From the NCBI RefSeq assembly GCF_006345805.1, contig NC_043024.1, forward strand, positions 620,001 to 684,000: 64,000 nt of DNA, written 5' to 3'. The position numbers and the translations under genes were made by a program. Within the stretch, counting starts at the first letter, position 1, and every line of letters starts with the position of its first letter. Under the pieces are notes generated by a model that saw only the letters and a list, made by a program, of their open reading frames with translations, searched no databases and had not been told where the DNA came from. Shown here piece by piece: positions 47,051-61,690 of this stretch. This DNA is from Octopus sinensis. Its lineage: Eukaryota.

Positions 47051-49059
47051 GGTTTAAATGCTGAGGGGTAAAAGGGAGATTTAGGTATTTGAAGGATTTT
47101 TAAATAGGGTCTAGGTGTAAATGTAATTGGGTGGTTAAGAAACTTACTTTGTTTCCCAACCATATGATCTTTGGTTCAGTCCCACTCTGCAGCACTTAGA
47201 CAAATGCCTTCTGATATATCCCCAAACCAACCAAAGAATTGTGAGTGGATTTGGTTGATGGAAACTGAAAGAAGCTTGCCATAAATGTGTAATATATATG
47301 CATCCCCATGAATTTTGCTTCCACAAGAATATATATTTCTTTATTGCCTACCGGGGAGGGGGGTGAAATACCGCTAAGCATTTCGCCTGGCATGTGAATA
47401 TTTCTGCCAGTTCACCGCTTTAATAATATTATAATATTTATTTCTTTTATTCCACAAAAATATTTTGTTGACATAGAATGAGCATTGTGGTAATAATGAT
47501 AGTAATAATAAAATGATAATCCTTTCTACTATAGGCAGAATACCTGAAATTTGGGGGAGGGGACCAGTTGATTATATTGACTAGCTTGTGTGTTTCACTG
47601 GTACTTAATTTAGCCTTTGCTAGGTTTACTTTCAAGGCTTCTTGATTCTAAGTTTTGCTTTTCCACATTTATTATTTCTTCTAAAGTCTTCAGTAGATTC
47701 AGCCAAGAGCATATTGGAATAGAGTTCTCCGGGTCTGGTGCTCTAAATAAGTAGAGATATGAGTTATGATGGACAGCATCGTTATTACCCTATTTAACCC
47801 TTTAGCATTGAGATTAATCTGACAAATGTAATATTTATTTATTCACCTTGTTTTGAATTAATCAGGCACTATCTTAAAGCTTTGAGATTTGGATGAAGTG
47901 TTTGTTTGTTTTTAGAATGACATTGTAGTGTATGTGTGAGAGGTCAGATCTGGTTGTTTGTTTTGAACATAAAACAAGGTAGAATATACGAGGTAGATAT
48001 AGCCAGTTTGAATGCTACAGAGTTAAGCATCCATATTGTATTCTAGCATGTGTTGTACTAACCACATACTATGGACCTTACAAATGAACATTGGCTTTCA
48101 ACATGCTGACAACATTGTGTGTGCCTTGAACATCTGTTCACAAACTAGTAGTATTTATATTGTACATGATAAAACTAGTAATGGTTATTAAAATAAAGTG
48201 AGGCACAAGGTAGTCATTTATTTACAATGTATAAAGTAAATTTACAACTTTCATCTTTATCAATTTTCTTATCATTTCACTGTTAAAAGCTTATACAATC
48301 CATTCTTCAAGTAAAATGTATAAATTATTGTACATGTTAGGCTGTGATACCTCACTTGCCAATTAGGTGGGTGACAGACATAACAGCTACTTAAGGGGGT
48401 GGGGACATTATGAAAAACAAAAAAAAAAACAGTTAAGAACCTTCGCTCTATGACTTTGAGGCTGGTCCATTGGCCTGATGGAACAAATGTTTTATAGGTG
48501 CAGGCATGGCTGTGTGGTAAGTAGCTTGCTTACCAACCACATGGTTCTGGGTTCGGTCCCACTGCATGGCACCTTGGGTCAGTGTCTTCTTGAACTGACC
48601 AAAGCCTTGTGAGTGGATTTGGTAGACAGAAACTGGAAGAAGCCCATGTATATTTATTTATATATATATATATATATATGTGTCTGTGTTTGTCCTCCAT
48701 CATTGCTTGACAACCGATGGTGTGTTTACGTCCCCGTAACTTAGCGGTTCGGCCAAAGAGACCAATAGAATATGTACTAGGCTCACAAAGAATAAGTCCT
48801 GGGGTCGATTTGTTTGACTGAAGGCGGTGTTCCTGCATGGCTGCAGTCAAATGACTGAAACAAATAAGAGAATTAAAAAGAATGGTTGGTTTGGAAGTGA
48901 AATAGCTAATCAGAGATTGTCTTTCAGTAGATGTCTCTCAAGTGAAAAAAAATATTCGGTCTTTCTGGCTTCACATACCAAAGCACATTGTGTCTCAAAA
49001 GGGTTAATCAGTTTTTCATCTTACTGTATAACATATATCAGACAACTTTAAGAGGAATT

Positions 49060-49620
49060 TTTTCCATGCAGCAGTAGAGTCAGTCCTTTTACAAGGAGTA
49101 ACAGCCTGGACACTTAAAAAAAACTGGAGCAGTCTTAAGAATGTATGTTGGAGAACTCAACCCACCAAGAAACAGCTGTATGGAGATCTCCTGCCTTTTT
49201 CCATTGTTATAAAGCATTTATTGTTATGATATTACGGCTGTCTTTTCTTAATTTAATATAACCAAGCTAAGCTTCTTAAACAGAAAAGTTGATATTTAAA
49301 TAAATGGTTAGCCCCATATCTTGGGAGAACTCATCTTTCCAAGAAACAGCTGTATGGAGATGTTACACTTTCCACAATCATAAGGCACTTGCACTTTGCG
49401 GGACATTTGTGGCTCGCTAAACAGCTGGCAAGTGACCTACTACAATGGATTTCAAAGCAACGATGTACATGAGCAGGTCGTCTGATCACAACATATGTAG
49501 ACCAACTCACCACATACTAGATGCCTTCTCAGCGATCTCCCTCAAATAATGCAGGACCGAGATGGATGGCATTTGCAGATTTAAAGTTTCCAAGCAAGCT
49601 CAACCAACTGATAATGATGA
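49060..49620 (+). mobile_element. RTE-like LINE 3' fragment with internal duplication
   Basis: AAVESVLLQGVTAWTL and KKQLYGD (twice), then HFAGHLWLAKQLASDLLQW...TYVDQL. Confidence 0.75.
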
Positions 49621-51356
49621 TACAAATGTGAAAGACCCTGCCATATTTGTATTTAAGTATGGTTAACAGTCTCTTGAAGTATTTTCTTCAGCCATATTGT
49701 TGCTATTTCTAGCCAGTCATTAGATAATAATTTATAACTACTGAAGTACTAATACAATGTAGTTTATAAATAAAACAATCTATACAGCAAACTTTTCAGC
49801 ACTCAGGGTTCTGAATTAACAGGCATTATAGACAGCAAGCTGGCAGGGTCGTTAGCATACCAGGTGAAATGCTTAGTGGTAGTTCGTATGTCCTTGCATT
49901 CTGAGTTCAAATTCCGCCGAGGTCGACTTTGCCTTTCATCCTTTCAGGGTTGATACGTACCAGTTGACCTCTGTTAAGTTAATCAACTTAACTACTTCTG
50001 GGTATAAATATAAAAACTACACAACTTTGCCCTGTCAGACCAGTGTGGCAGAATAGGCTCATCAAACAAATATGACCTTATGTTCAAATTCATGGCCTCC
50101 ACATCAGACTATGGTTGGTAGAGAGATGCTGAAGCCTTTGGCCTGCAGTGGACTGAACATAGGCAATCCAATAGGCCAAATGAAATTTTGTCCCCTTGAC
50201 TAATGCCCCCAGGGCTGACTCCCGTTCTCCTTCTCTTACTACACATCTTTATAAATTAATATGTATTTCGTCTTGCTGTGAAGTTAAGCCCCGAAGAGAG
50301 CCTTTTCTTATAGTTTGGAGATAAGAATCACACCAGCTGTTTTTTTTTTTGGGGGGGGGGGTGCTTAACATTTCACTGGAGTTGACTTATTCTCCAAAAT
50401 GCCTACAATACAGTAGTTGAATACTCTTTATTATGTACTAGTTTTCTACTTGGGTTGATAGCAATCCTAAATAGATGTCATTTGGTATTGTAGCTGTTTT
50501 TATGCCCATTGCAGCCTCAGTGGTTGGGTTTCGACTTCTCCATGCGCCTCTCGTCTCTACCAGACAGTTTCTGCTCTTTCCAAGGTGACTTTATTTATTT
50601 AGAGAGAAGGAGAGTCAATATTTACAGGGTCGAGATTTTGAAGGTTAAATGCGGAAGAGGAGGAGGAGGAGGTGGTGGTAGTAGTGAAGATGTGGTGAAG
50701 AGAGCGATGTAGTTAGTAGTGATGAGGGGGGAGATATGGCGAGGTTGTTTAATCCTAGGCCGGTTCTGATCAAAAAACATTCCAGTTGAGATCATTTATT
50801 TATTTATTTTTTCATTTTTATACATGTATCGTACATAAACTCTCACACACACCATTCAGTGTATCCTTATTTTTAATATATCATGCTGGATTTTAAGTCG
50901 ATTTGACTGTTATTTCTAGTGTATTAAATGACCATTGTAGAGACTTCACGTGAGAAAGCTCTGATGATGATGATGATGGTAGTAGTTCAGGCGGTGGAAG
51001 TGGTGAAGATTAGCTATGGGAGGTAGATGGGTGGGTTCCGATGTTGTATTGCAGGGCGGGAAGAGATGTGGTTGACGAAGGGGAAATATTGAAGCAAGGG
51101 AGAGGGAAGCAGACACAAATGACTCGGATGCTATTCGTCAGTTCGCCTCTCCCTCCCCCTCACTCAGGCAAGTTTCTCATTTCCTTTTTTCTTCTTCACT
51201 TCCCCCAACCCCCTCCTATTTCACATCAGTACTGCCGCCACCCCCATCGTAATACTAGCATTGCTACCATCTTCATTGTACTTCTACCACCTTTCACTAC
51301 TATTATTACTACTTTCATCGTATTACTACTACTATTACCATCGCTACTACATTTAC

Positions 51357-51453
51357 CAGCTCTGACACCAGGGAGACCTTCAAGCGGTTTAGTCAGGTGG
51401 ATGGTCTTGCTAAGAAAATAGCAGCCAAAGTTGAAGAGGCAGGTTACAGCTAA
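51357..51453. other. Coding-like island inside low-complexity DNA (strand unresolved)
   Basis: On +: ag|c SDTRETFKRFSQVDGLAKKIAAKVEEAGYS* (51360-51453). On -: a 93-nt AG/GT-bounded exon 51449-51357 reading VTCLFNFGCYFLSKTIHLTKPLEGLPGVRA. No homolog recognised. Confidence 0.35.
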
Positions 51454-51699
51454 TAATATAGTCTTAAGTAAAGAAGGCACTCATTCATCTCATCCCTCCT
51501 GTTGGTGGCTGCGGCGGTGGGGGAGATGAATAAGCACTTTAAACAGCAGCAACACTGACACCACCACCACCATTACCATCGTAATTATCGCTACCACTAT
51601 AACATCCACTGCTATCGTCACTCCCACCATACAGCTATTACTTGTATACTGCCTTTTCAAACACTACCACCGCTACACACAGCTGTTATTGTTATCACC

Positions 51700-52100
51700 A
51701 CTATCGCTGCTAACATCATTCAATACTATTTCAAAGGAGTTTCTGGGTGGTCGTTTAATTTGCTAGAAAGTGCAGTTGAATCTTCCTCGAGTCACATCGT
51801 GCTGTCTTTGAAAGCACAGTGGATAATATATTTGTCGCTTCCTAGGATATAAAAGTCGATGGTGTGATCACAATCGGAAGGCTCTTGATTATAGATCAAC
51901 CCGGTTATGGCTAAGGTGTGCGCGCGCATGTGGAGGAGGGGGCAGAGCACACCCCCGCCCACGTGGTTGCTCAGTCTACTAGGAAAAGCATCCATTGCTC
52001 CCTCATATCAAATTGCCGTGGGAAAAAAAACCCAAAAAAACATTGCAGGAACGTGTTGGATCATAAGTCTGCTTTAGACATGATTGATCTGGAACTAAAC
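51700..52100. promoter_or_regulatory. Promoter-like CpG-retaining segment
   Basis: gtgcgcgcgcatg, GC box ccccgccc and E-box cacgtg lie within about 50 bp (51915-51966). Confidence 0.35.
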
Positions 52101-52807
52101 AATAGCTACTGTTACCCGACCACTAACACCCATCATGCAACTATCGGTACTACACCGACACAATCACCATCACTGCCCTATTGACACTATTAAAGCTACT
52201 ATTACTGTTACCTATTTCTTTATTACCCACAAGGGGCTAAACATAGAGGGGACAAATAAAGACAGACGTAGGTATTAAGTCAATTACATCGACCCCAGTG
52301 CGTAACTGGTACTTAATTTATCGACCCCGAAAGGATGAAAGGCAAAGTCGACCTCGGCGGAATTTGAACTCACAACGTGACGAAATACGGCTACGCATTT
52401 CGCCCGGCGTGCTAACGTTTCTGCCAGACCTCACCATTCTACCCAACACACACTACACTATTATTATTACCTTTTACCACAATACTCATACTATATCAGC
52501 AAAGTACATGGGGTGCACACACACACACACACAGTAATTCCCATCTTCTGCTGAGGGCTTATATGTCCCTGTATTAGACTATTTTCTATAGTCAATATAC
52601 GATGAACGCTTATAAGCCTTAAAGCTTATTATATGCTTGTTTGAAAAGTGAGCTATTTGTGGTTTCTGAGATTAGTTGACTTCTATCTCTAGCAAAGCCG
52701 GTAATCTTCCAGTACCATCATATTTTTAAAACTTGCCAGCACGGTTCGCGCGTTGAATAGACACTAATATTTATAAATTCTATTATTATTAATAATAGTA
52801 TATATAT

Positions 52808-52851
<44 letters not shown>

Positions 52852-54979
52852 CACACATACATGCACACTCACACATATATATATATATATTGTGTGTATA
52901 CATAATCTTAGTATTTTGAAATGAAATTGTACAGAATGGTGCTGAAACTCTGAGTAGCTGTGAAAGTACTTTCAGTCTTATAAATTATATCATTATACTC
53001 TATAACATTTGAGCGTTTCTTCTATTTCTTACTGTCAGTGTGCTACTATGCGCAGTTGTACATACTCATTCACTTGTGTGTGTGTGTAGATATATATGAT
53101 AAGGGTGTCTTTTTTTACTCGTTCCAGTCATTAGACTGCAGCCATGCTGGGCACAACTTTGAATTTTCAGCTGAATGTATTGTACTTTTTATAAGCCTAG
53201 CACTTATTCTATCGGACTCTTTTGCTGAACCACTAAGTTACAGGGATGTAAACACACCAGCACTGGTTAAGTGATAGTGGGAGGACAAACACAAAGACAC
53301 ACACACAAACACATATATATGCACATATACAACAGGCTTCTTTCAGTTTCCGTCTACCAAATTCACTCACAAGTCTTTTTGCTGGGCTGAGGCTATAATT
53401 AACCAGCATTAATAACGGGTAAAAGTGACTACAGCACCCACTTGGAATCTATATTCCTACCAATCAAAATTTGGAAATTTATATTATATATATTGGGTCG
53501 TCCCATAAATAATGCAGTTTTTTTTTATACTTCTTTCATTTTTCAAAATTAAGATGAGCAAAGTTCTTCTTTAATTGAAAATATACTCTCCTTCATTTTC
53601 TACAATGCTCTTCCATCTCTCTAGTAGACTTGCAAGGCCCCTCTTCCAAAATCCATTTGTCTATGATGAAAAATTCTCCATCACTGTTCTAATCTTGTTT
53701 ACAGAATTCGAAGACTGCGCAATAAATGATAATCAGATGGGGCAATGTCTAGCGAATATGGTGCGTAGGGCATCATTTCCTATTCAAACTGCTCTAGGGG
53801 TTGATTTCTTTGACTAAAAGGTGGTGCTCCAACATGGCCTGCGCCAAATGCCTGAGACAAATAAAAGAAAAAATATATATATATATATATATGAGTTGGC
53901 AAACAAGGATTAGTGCTGTGTTCTCTCTCCTATGTTCCTCATGGAATAACTGACGTGTCACATGTGCAACAATCGGAATCTATGCTTCCTACTGGTGGTA
54001 TACGTTGGTGCTTCTACTGGATTTTATAACTATTTTCTCTCTCTCTCTCTCACTGGCCTGTATACACACACTCTTGTAAATCTAAAACAAATCATACACA
54101 TGCAAGTGCGTTCGCTCGAACACACAGTCACATAGCAGATCCTCCAGTGGTGGATGGTGGAAGCACTCGAACACACAGACACAAAAGTATACACTCCAAC
54201 AGCAAGTGGATAGTGGGGTGGATTTCAATCGAGAAATCCAATTTTCTTGTTTTCTTTTCCCCATGAATATGACCATAAATACTCACATGTGTTTCAAACT
54301 GCCAATGAGAGCAAGAGAGAGAGATGCAAGTACTCAATACATGCACTTTGTGAACAGTGTTTCTCAACTATTTTTTTTTAACCAATGGATCGCTTTCATT
54401 CCTTTTTTACTCTGGTGGACTCTCCTCGACATTTGATGTTTAAAAATTCCTCTCAACGCATGGTTATGATGCTCTCCAACTACTCCTGCTCAAGGGAAGA
54501 GACGCACATATTATCAGCCACTAAGGGACATATTCAAGTGGTTATGGTCAAGCGAATGACCAGTAAATCTGTGATATTGAGCAGAATATTTGCTATAACA
54601 ATATTTCTGCTTCAGCAACTCAGCTCTGAAATCTATCTGAGATAAAATGGGAAATTGGTCAGTTTCAAAACATCGATGTCCATGTGACAAAGTTTGAAGG
54701 GAATAATAGGGATTTCCTTTGATTTCTAGATAGAACCAAACAGGAAATGACTGACCAAAAATTTTTTTTTAAATGTTACAGTGTAATTAATAGTTGTGAA
54801 ATGGTTGTTGCATGTCTAAAACATTGATCATGTAATTCTTAAGCTGCAGGACAGCTCTGATTACCCCCACCATTTTCTTTTTCTTCTCAAGACATGGTGT
54901 ATATCCCATTTGGCATTTCTTCTCTTCAGTCTTGGACACTGCATTAAATGTGGGTGCTGTCCCATTTATCTTGGAGTAT

Positions 54980-55180
54980 TACTTTACAGGATGGACAACT
55001 TCTTTTACTCCCAATTTTGCTGGGGGGAAAAGAAACTGGGGAAGACCTCGACTATGATATTCCAAAAAGAAATATGAAGTGGAAAGAAATTGATCATAAT
55101 GAATGGCAAACTCAAGCCAAAGGCTTATCAAGTTATGCCAAAGCCACAAACGGTCAGTTGTGATGATGGACCGCATATTG
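54980..55180 (+). mobile_element. RTE-like LINE 3' fragment
   Basis: GKRNWGRPRL and KRNMKWKEIDHNEWQTQAK, across frameshifts. Confidence 0.55.
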
Positions 55181-57079
55181 ACTACCTTAGTTGCTAGTGT
55201 ATAAGATGCATAGGACAGATCCCTATTTTACAAGTCTATTTTGCTAACCACTCATTGTGAATAACTGGGAGGTAGATGAAAGTTTAACATTTAGATAATT
55301 TAAAAAAACAAACTTTGTCATTAAATAATATAAGATATAGTCAAGTGTGGCTTATGTATGTTGAGGAAGACTGTGTGATGTGACCTCTCCACACGTAACT
55401 GCTGATGTACTGTAGCTTTTCATGAGTTTGTACTTATTGTCATTAATAATTTTGCTTGTTTTCAATGTTTATTATTAGAAAGGTAGCAAGTTGCCAGAAA
55501 CAATCGCATGCTGGGCAAAATGCTTTGTGGCATTTTGTCAGTCTTTGTTCTGAGTTCAGATTCTGCTGAAGTCGGTATTGCTTTTCATTCCATAAGAGAT
55601 ATACCAGTTGTGCACTGGGGTCAATATAATCGACTTACCTTCATCCCCTGAAAATGCAGACCTTGTGCAAAAACTTGAAACCTCAACTAAGTCTGAGCTG
55701 GCAGAATTGTTACCATACTGGGGAAAATGCTTAGCTGCCTTTCACCTGTCCTTACATTCTGAGTACAGATTCCGCCAAGGTTGACTTTGCCTTTTATCTT
55801 AGCAGGGTTGACAAAAGAAGTACCAGTTGAGCACTGGGGTCAATATAATTAACTTACCTCCCCGACCTGAACTTGCTGGCCTTGTGCCAAAATTTGAAAT
55901 TAATATTATTAGTAATAGTTATTTTTCTTTACTGACTTATGTTCATTCAGGCCCCTGGTCAATGACATAATAAGGGGTGAGGGGCATCTTATACACGGTA
56001 ATAAAATAAAAAATTGATAAGGTGCAGGCATGGCTGTGTGGTAAAAAGTTTGCTTTCCAACCACATGATTCCAGGTTCAGTCCCACTGTGTGACACCTTG
56101 GGCGAGTGTCTTTACTATAGCCCCGTATGTATGTGTGTGTCTGTCTTTGTCGAAAGAGACCAATAGAATAAGTACCAGGCTTGAAAAAAGAAGGAAAAAT
56201 AACGTACCGGGGTTGATTCGTTCGACTAAAATCCTTTGAGGTGGTGCCCCAGCATGACCGCAGTCTGATGACAGAAACAAGTAAAAGAATGAAGCCATAT
56301 GTAAATTTTGTGGAGAGTGAGCGGGGTGGGTGGGGGAGCCATAAAACTACTGAATTATTGACAGCGTTTTAGGTATTTCATATTTGTACACATGCACCCC
56401 CCTTCTCCTCCCCCTCTCTCTTGGTAATAACAGTTTCTGCTATAAGTGAATAATTATGTGGTGTGTCGGGGGGGGTCTCAACCGGGGGGTGGGGGGGTTT
56501 GTTAAAAACTTATGTAGCAATGTAGAAGTCCTGCTTCTACAATTCTTTTATTCTCTTTTACATGTTTCAGTCATTTGACTGCGACCTTGCTGGAGCTCTT
56601 CCGTAAAGTGTTTTAGTCAAAGAAATTAACCCCAGAACTTGTTCTTTGTAAGCCTAGTACTTATTCTATCAGTCTCCTTTGCCAAACCACTATGTTACAA
56701 GGATGTAAATACACCAACATTGGTTGTCAAACAATGGTGGGGGTACAAAGACACACACACACCAGGCTTCTTTCAGTTTCCGTCTACTAAATTCACTCAA
56801 GGCTTTGATTAGCCTGAGGCTTATAGTAGAAGAGACTTGCCCAATGTGTCACACAGTGGGACTGAACCTGGAACCATGTGGTTGGGAAGTAAGCTCCTTA
56901 CCACACAGCCTATACTTACAATATTTGAACCTTTTTTTTATACAATCCCCAATAATATTTAAATGTAAAAATATAATGGGATTTTTCCCTCAACATTGAT
57001 CAAAGGGGTTCCATAGGCAAACAGTGTAGGGTCAGACTTAGGGTTTATGACATTTTGGTGCCCTTTAATTGATACTGGC

Positions 57080-57295
57080 TTCTTCAAGGACTTCATGCAT
57101 CTCAATGTTTCTTTCATTCTCTCTCCTTCCCTTTCTTTGTCTCTCCTTCCTCTTCTTTCTCTCTCCTTCCTCCTCTTTCTCTCTCCTTCCCTCTCTTTCT
57201 GTCTACCTCTCCTTCCTCCTCTTTCTGTCTCTTCCCCCTCTTTTCGCTGTGTCTCCTTTCCCCTCTTTCTCTCTTTCCCTCTCTCTCTCATACAG
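57080..57295. repeat. CT-rich simple repeat
   Basis: Directly visible. Similar tracts at 9500-9760 and 29635-29830. Confidence 0.9.
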
Positions 57296-59914
57296 AAGCG
57301 ATCGAAGGTCTCCAACTTGTCTGTTTGTAACGTATATTACAGAGGAGCAGTGGATGTTGCTTCACCAGAACTGAATGCAGAAAACCATTTGGCTGCCCAT
57401 TCACCCTTTCAACATTCACATTCCTCTGAAATGCTTATTTATTCACATTGATAAGAAGTAGTCTTGCAATTAGTTTGGAGATTTCGATGATGTGATTGTC
57501 TTTAGAATAGTATTGTAGGGTAAGTGTGAAAGGCTGAATCTGGTCTTCTGAACACAAAATAGGTTGAGTAGTTTGGCCGGATATGGTCAGTTTAAAATGC
57601 TAAAGGGTTAGATAAGGACTAGTAGGCATTAATTAAAGCAAGTGGTGCTACAATTCAAAGTAACAAGGAGGTCAGCTGATTGCCTTTGATGCTATAATTA
57701 AAACCTATAAACCTTATGGTTAGCATCTGGATTGTTTAATCCCTCTTGCTTACATACATAGATATGCATACATCTGTGTGTCTGTGCTTAGAAGCTTTTT
57801 ACATTATTTTTTTTTCTTATTTATTCGTTTATTGAACTGCTTAACGAGCAAACTATTCCTCTGACCTTGTAATTCATGGATAATTATATTTATCGTTTAA
57901 TTCAGTTTTCATAAATAAAGTTCTCCTAATCTGAAACCAGTTTGGTAAGTGCCATGCACAAAACTCTCAGCCCTTGAGTCACTTTGTAACTTCTGTTGAT
58001 GATAATTTATTTATTGTTTCAGTCTGTAGACTGAGGCCATGCTGGGGCACCACCTTGAAGAATTTTAGTTGAATGGAATGATGCCTGGTATTTGTTCTGT
58101 CAGTTTCTTTTGCTGAACCACTAAGTTATTGGGATGTAAACTCAAGAACACTGGTTGTCAAACAGTGGTGGGGGGGGGGGCAGATGCAAAAACATACGCA
58201 CACATCATGCACATGACCAGTTTCTTTCAGTTTCTGTCTACCAAATCCACTCACAAGGCTTTGGTTGGCCTGGAGCTATAGTAGAAGACACCCATGTGCC
58301 ATGCAGTGGGACTGAACCCAAAAGCATGTTGTTGAGAAGGAAACTTGTTACCATATATATATTACATATATTTACATGACAGAGATCCTCATTTAACGTC
58401 CATTTTCTATGCTGGCATGGGTTGGACAGTTTGGCGAGATCTGGCAATGTGAGGAACTGCATCAGGTTCCATTGTTGGTTTTGGCTTGGTTTCTACAGCT
58501 GGGTGCCCTTCATAATGCCAACAAGTGTAGTGGGTGTTTTTATGTTGTATTTGCACGGGCTTTTTATTTCGGTCCCCAGCACCGATAGGATGTTAAGCTG
58601 GTCTCTCTCATCGAAGATGGTTATATGAGCGTCCAGTTGTTTGAGCAACTGAACAACCTACTTGTTGAATAAGATGCAAAATGACCGGGTATACCACAGA
58701 TATGTGACCCCTTGACATGCTGAGTCAGCCTGACACAATGTAACAGTGCTGAACATTTTGAATTACTGGTACAATTCTTCTAGCAGACTTGTGAAGTTTC
58801 ATTCACGAGGCATCAGTTGACTTAAATCTATGATAAATGACATTTTATTTACTTGAGGATCCATGCAGTGATGTTGAGTTCTGCAACCTCATGGTTAATC
58901 ATGATGATGATGCTGAGGACCTTTTAGATGCCCTTCAAGAGATCAATGTTCTTGAGATTGAATATCTCTAAATCAATAACTACAAGAAAAAAAAAACATG
59001 AGTGTGAGGTATTGTGGTAGGTGTTGGCAGTGTTCTGTTGATTTGTGATGACAGGTGAGGCATCATGGGATAATGGAATTGATTGATTTAAAATATATTT
59101 CAAGGCTGGTAGTGTGGGTTCAATCAATATTACTAGCTAGCTTTCTAGGCCCTTCAATTAATTTGGGCTAGAAAATAAAATTTAATATTTGTTTTGCAAT
59201 TTATTATCTAGACATGCACATAGGTGTGCATGTTTGCATTCAGACACTTCGAGGCACACACACACCCACGCTCATACACACATCTGAATATAGATTACTC
59301 TTAGAAGGTACTCAGATTCTCGAGTACCTTGTTAGAAACATACACCCATGTGTACACAGCTGCCACTCTTGTGCTTGCATGTATGTTTATGCATGTGTGT
59401 GTACCTAAATATCCAACATGCAGTTTAATGGTCTATAATTCAGCACTTGTTTACTTGACAAAATGCCTTCCTTAAATGCACACATTGAGAGAGAGGGGGG
59501 GTCATGTAGTGGTGGTGGTCTTTGTAAGGTTAGTAATTTATAGTTTTTTTAAAATTTTTAGTTTTGTTGTGAGGGAGTGGTTCTGGAATTAGGCTATTAT
59601 AAATATATATATATTATAGTGTGTAGTAGTAGTAGTAGTAATAGTGGTAGTTGGAATCAATAACCATTGACCTAGTTGAAAATAACATCTTCAGGTTGAA
59701 TACTTGTAATGGTAGTGGTGGAGTTGGTGGTTGTAGCAGTTTCTGATTGTATTACTGTCCTTTCTATCGACACAACCTTTGTTAGTATCAAGTTAGTGTG
59801 TGCATGCACATATGCACCTAGGTGGAGTACATGCACATGTGTGTGTATGTATATATTCGTGACCTCCTTTATGCAGATGACTGTGACTTAGTCATGTGAG
59901 ACATGGACCCTTTA

Positions 59915-60495
59915 CAAACGTCATGTAAAAGTCCTTGAATGCTTCCACATGCTGAATTTTTGCTGGATCTTCAAAACTCCAGACACATAGATCCTGAGGA
60001 AAGTTGATATCTTGCGTATTGAGGTGATGGTGCACAAGCACCAGATACATTGGACTGGACACCTTATTAGAATGAAGGATAGCAGGATTCCTAAACAGAT
60101 GCTGTATGGGGAACTTGTGAATGGAAAACGACCCTGGCAGAAACCAAGGCTGCAGTTTAAGGACTGTGTCAAGTCCTCATTAAAGGCCTGTGATATGCAG
60201 GAGACTGACTGGGAGAACAGTGCCTGTCATCACCACAGATGGAGGAAGCAGGTTAAGGAGGGGGTCAACACCTTTGAGAAAGCATGTATTTTGCATGAAG
60301 AATTTAAGCGTGCTGCTCGAAAGTGCACCGCTGGTGTAGTGAATGGGGGAAAGCTGGGTTTAATGTTTGCAGTCATGTATGCTTGTCAAGAGCAGGGCTC
60401 ATTAGCCACTAACGAAGCCACAAATACAAAATATAAGTTAGTCCTAGAGTGTACAATGTTCCTGAAGGTCAGCAATGGTCTTCCTTGGTCATGAG
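59915..60495 (+). mobile_element. RTE-BovB-like LINE 3' end
   Basis: HQIHWTGHLIRMKDSRIPKQMLYGELVNGKRPWQKPRLQFKDCVKSSLKACDMQETDWENSA...WRKQVKEG is a typical RTE post-RT region. Confidence 0.88.
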
Positions 60496-61489
60496 TGGAC
60501 GGCCTATGTGTGTGGCTCAGTGGCTAGACTATTGAGCTTACAATCATGAGGTTGTGAGTTTGATTCCCGGACCGGGCTGCATGTTGCGTTCTTGAGCAAG
60601 ACACTTTATTTCGCGTTGCTCCAGTTCACTCAGCTGTAGAAATGAGTTGTGATGTCACTGGTGCCAAACTGTATCAGCCTTTCTTCCCTTGAATAACATC
60701 AGTGGCGTGGAGAAGGGAGGCTGGTATGCATGGCTGACTGCTGGTCTTCCATAAACAACCTTGCCCAGACTTGTGCCTTGGAAGGGAACTTTCTGGGTGC
60801 AATCCCATGGTCATTCAAGACTGAAGGGGGTCTTTATGTCTATCTATCTATATATCCATATATATATATATAAAATTAAGACAAGTTAAAAATAATGGTC
60901 ATTACATATTTTTCCTTTATTGGAGCAAATTTGGTTTACAGCTGTTCCCAGTAGTCATAAGTACATTACTGATAGGTTTACTCAACTAGTCAATTGATAA
61001 TCTTTCACTATTAACAATATATATATATATATATATATATCGTTTAACGTCCACCTTTCCATGCTGGCATAGGTTGGACAGTTTGACTGAAGATTGGCAA
61101 GCCAGATGGCTGCACCAGGCTTCAGTCTGATCTGGCAAGGTTTCTACAGCTGGATGCCCTTTCTAACACCAACCACTCCAAGAGTGTAGTGGATGTTTTT
61201 TACATGCCACCGACACAAGGGCCAGTCAGATGGTACTGGCATCGACCATGCTCAATGGTGCTTTTTACATGCCACCGGCATGGTACCAGTCAGGTGGCAC
61301 TGGCATTGATCACATTTGTATGGTGCTTTTTACGTGCCACCAGCACGAGTGCCAGTCAGGTGGTACTGGCATTGGCCACGACAATGATTTCACTTGACTC
61401 AACAGGTCTTCTCAAGCACAGTTTATTGCCCAATGATTGAAGGGTACTCTTAAATGAGCGGGTTTTGCAACACTGGTATAGGCCATAGT

Positions 61490-61690
61490 TATGGTCTCGC
61501 TTGGTTTGCCAGGTCTTCTCAAGCACAGCATATCTCCAAAGGTCTTGGTTGCTTGTCATTGCCTTCGTGAGACCCAACGTTTAATGGTCGTGCTTCACCA
61601 CCTCATCCCAGGTCATCCTGGGTCTACCTCTTCCACAGGTCTTTCCACTCTTAGGCTGTAACACTTTTTCACACAGCTGAGAGAGAGGGA
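61490..61690 (-). mobile_element. RTE-like LINE 3' terminus fused to SINE family E
   Basis: GRGRPRMTWDEVVKHD...LGLTKAMTSNQDLWRYAVLEKT. Confidence 0.75.

Noticed and set aside
47644-47700. Minus-strand CUGAAGA...GAAAA motif with partial stem I
   Set aside because: No stem II, and the register of the cleavage site does not fit a hammerhead.
57047-57451. Leu/Ser/Phe-rich and Glu/Arg-rich overlapping ORFs
   Set aside because: Both strands of a CT/GA simple repeat.
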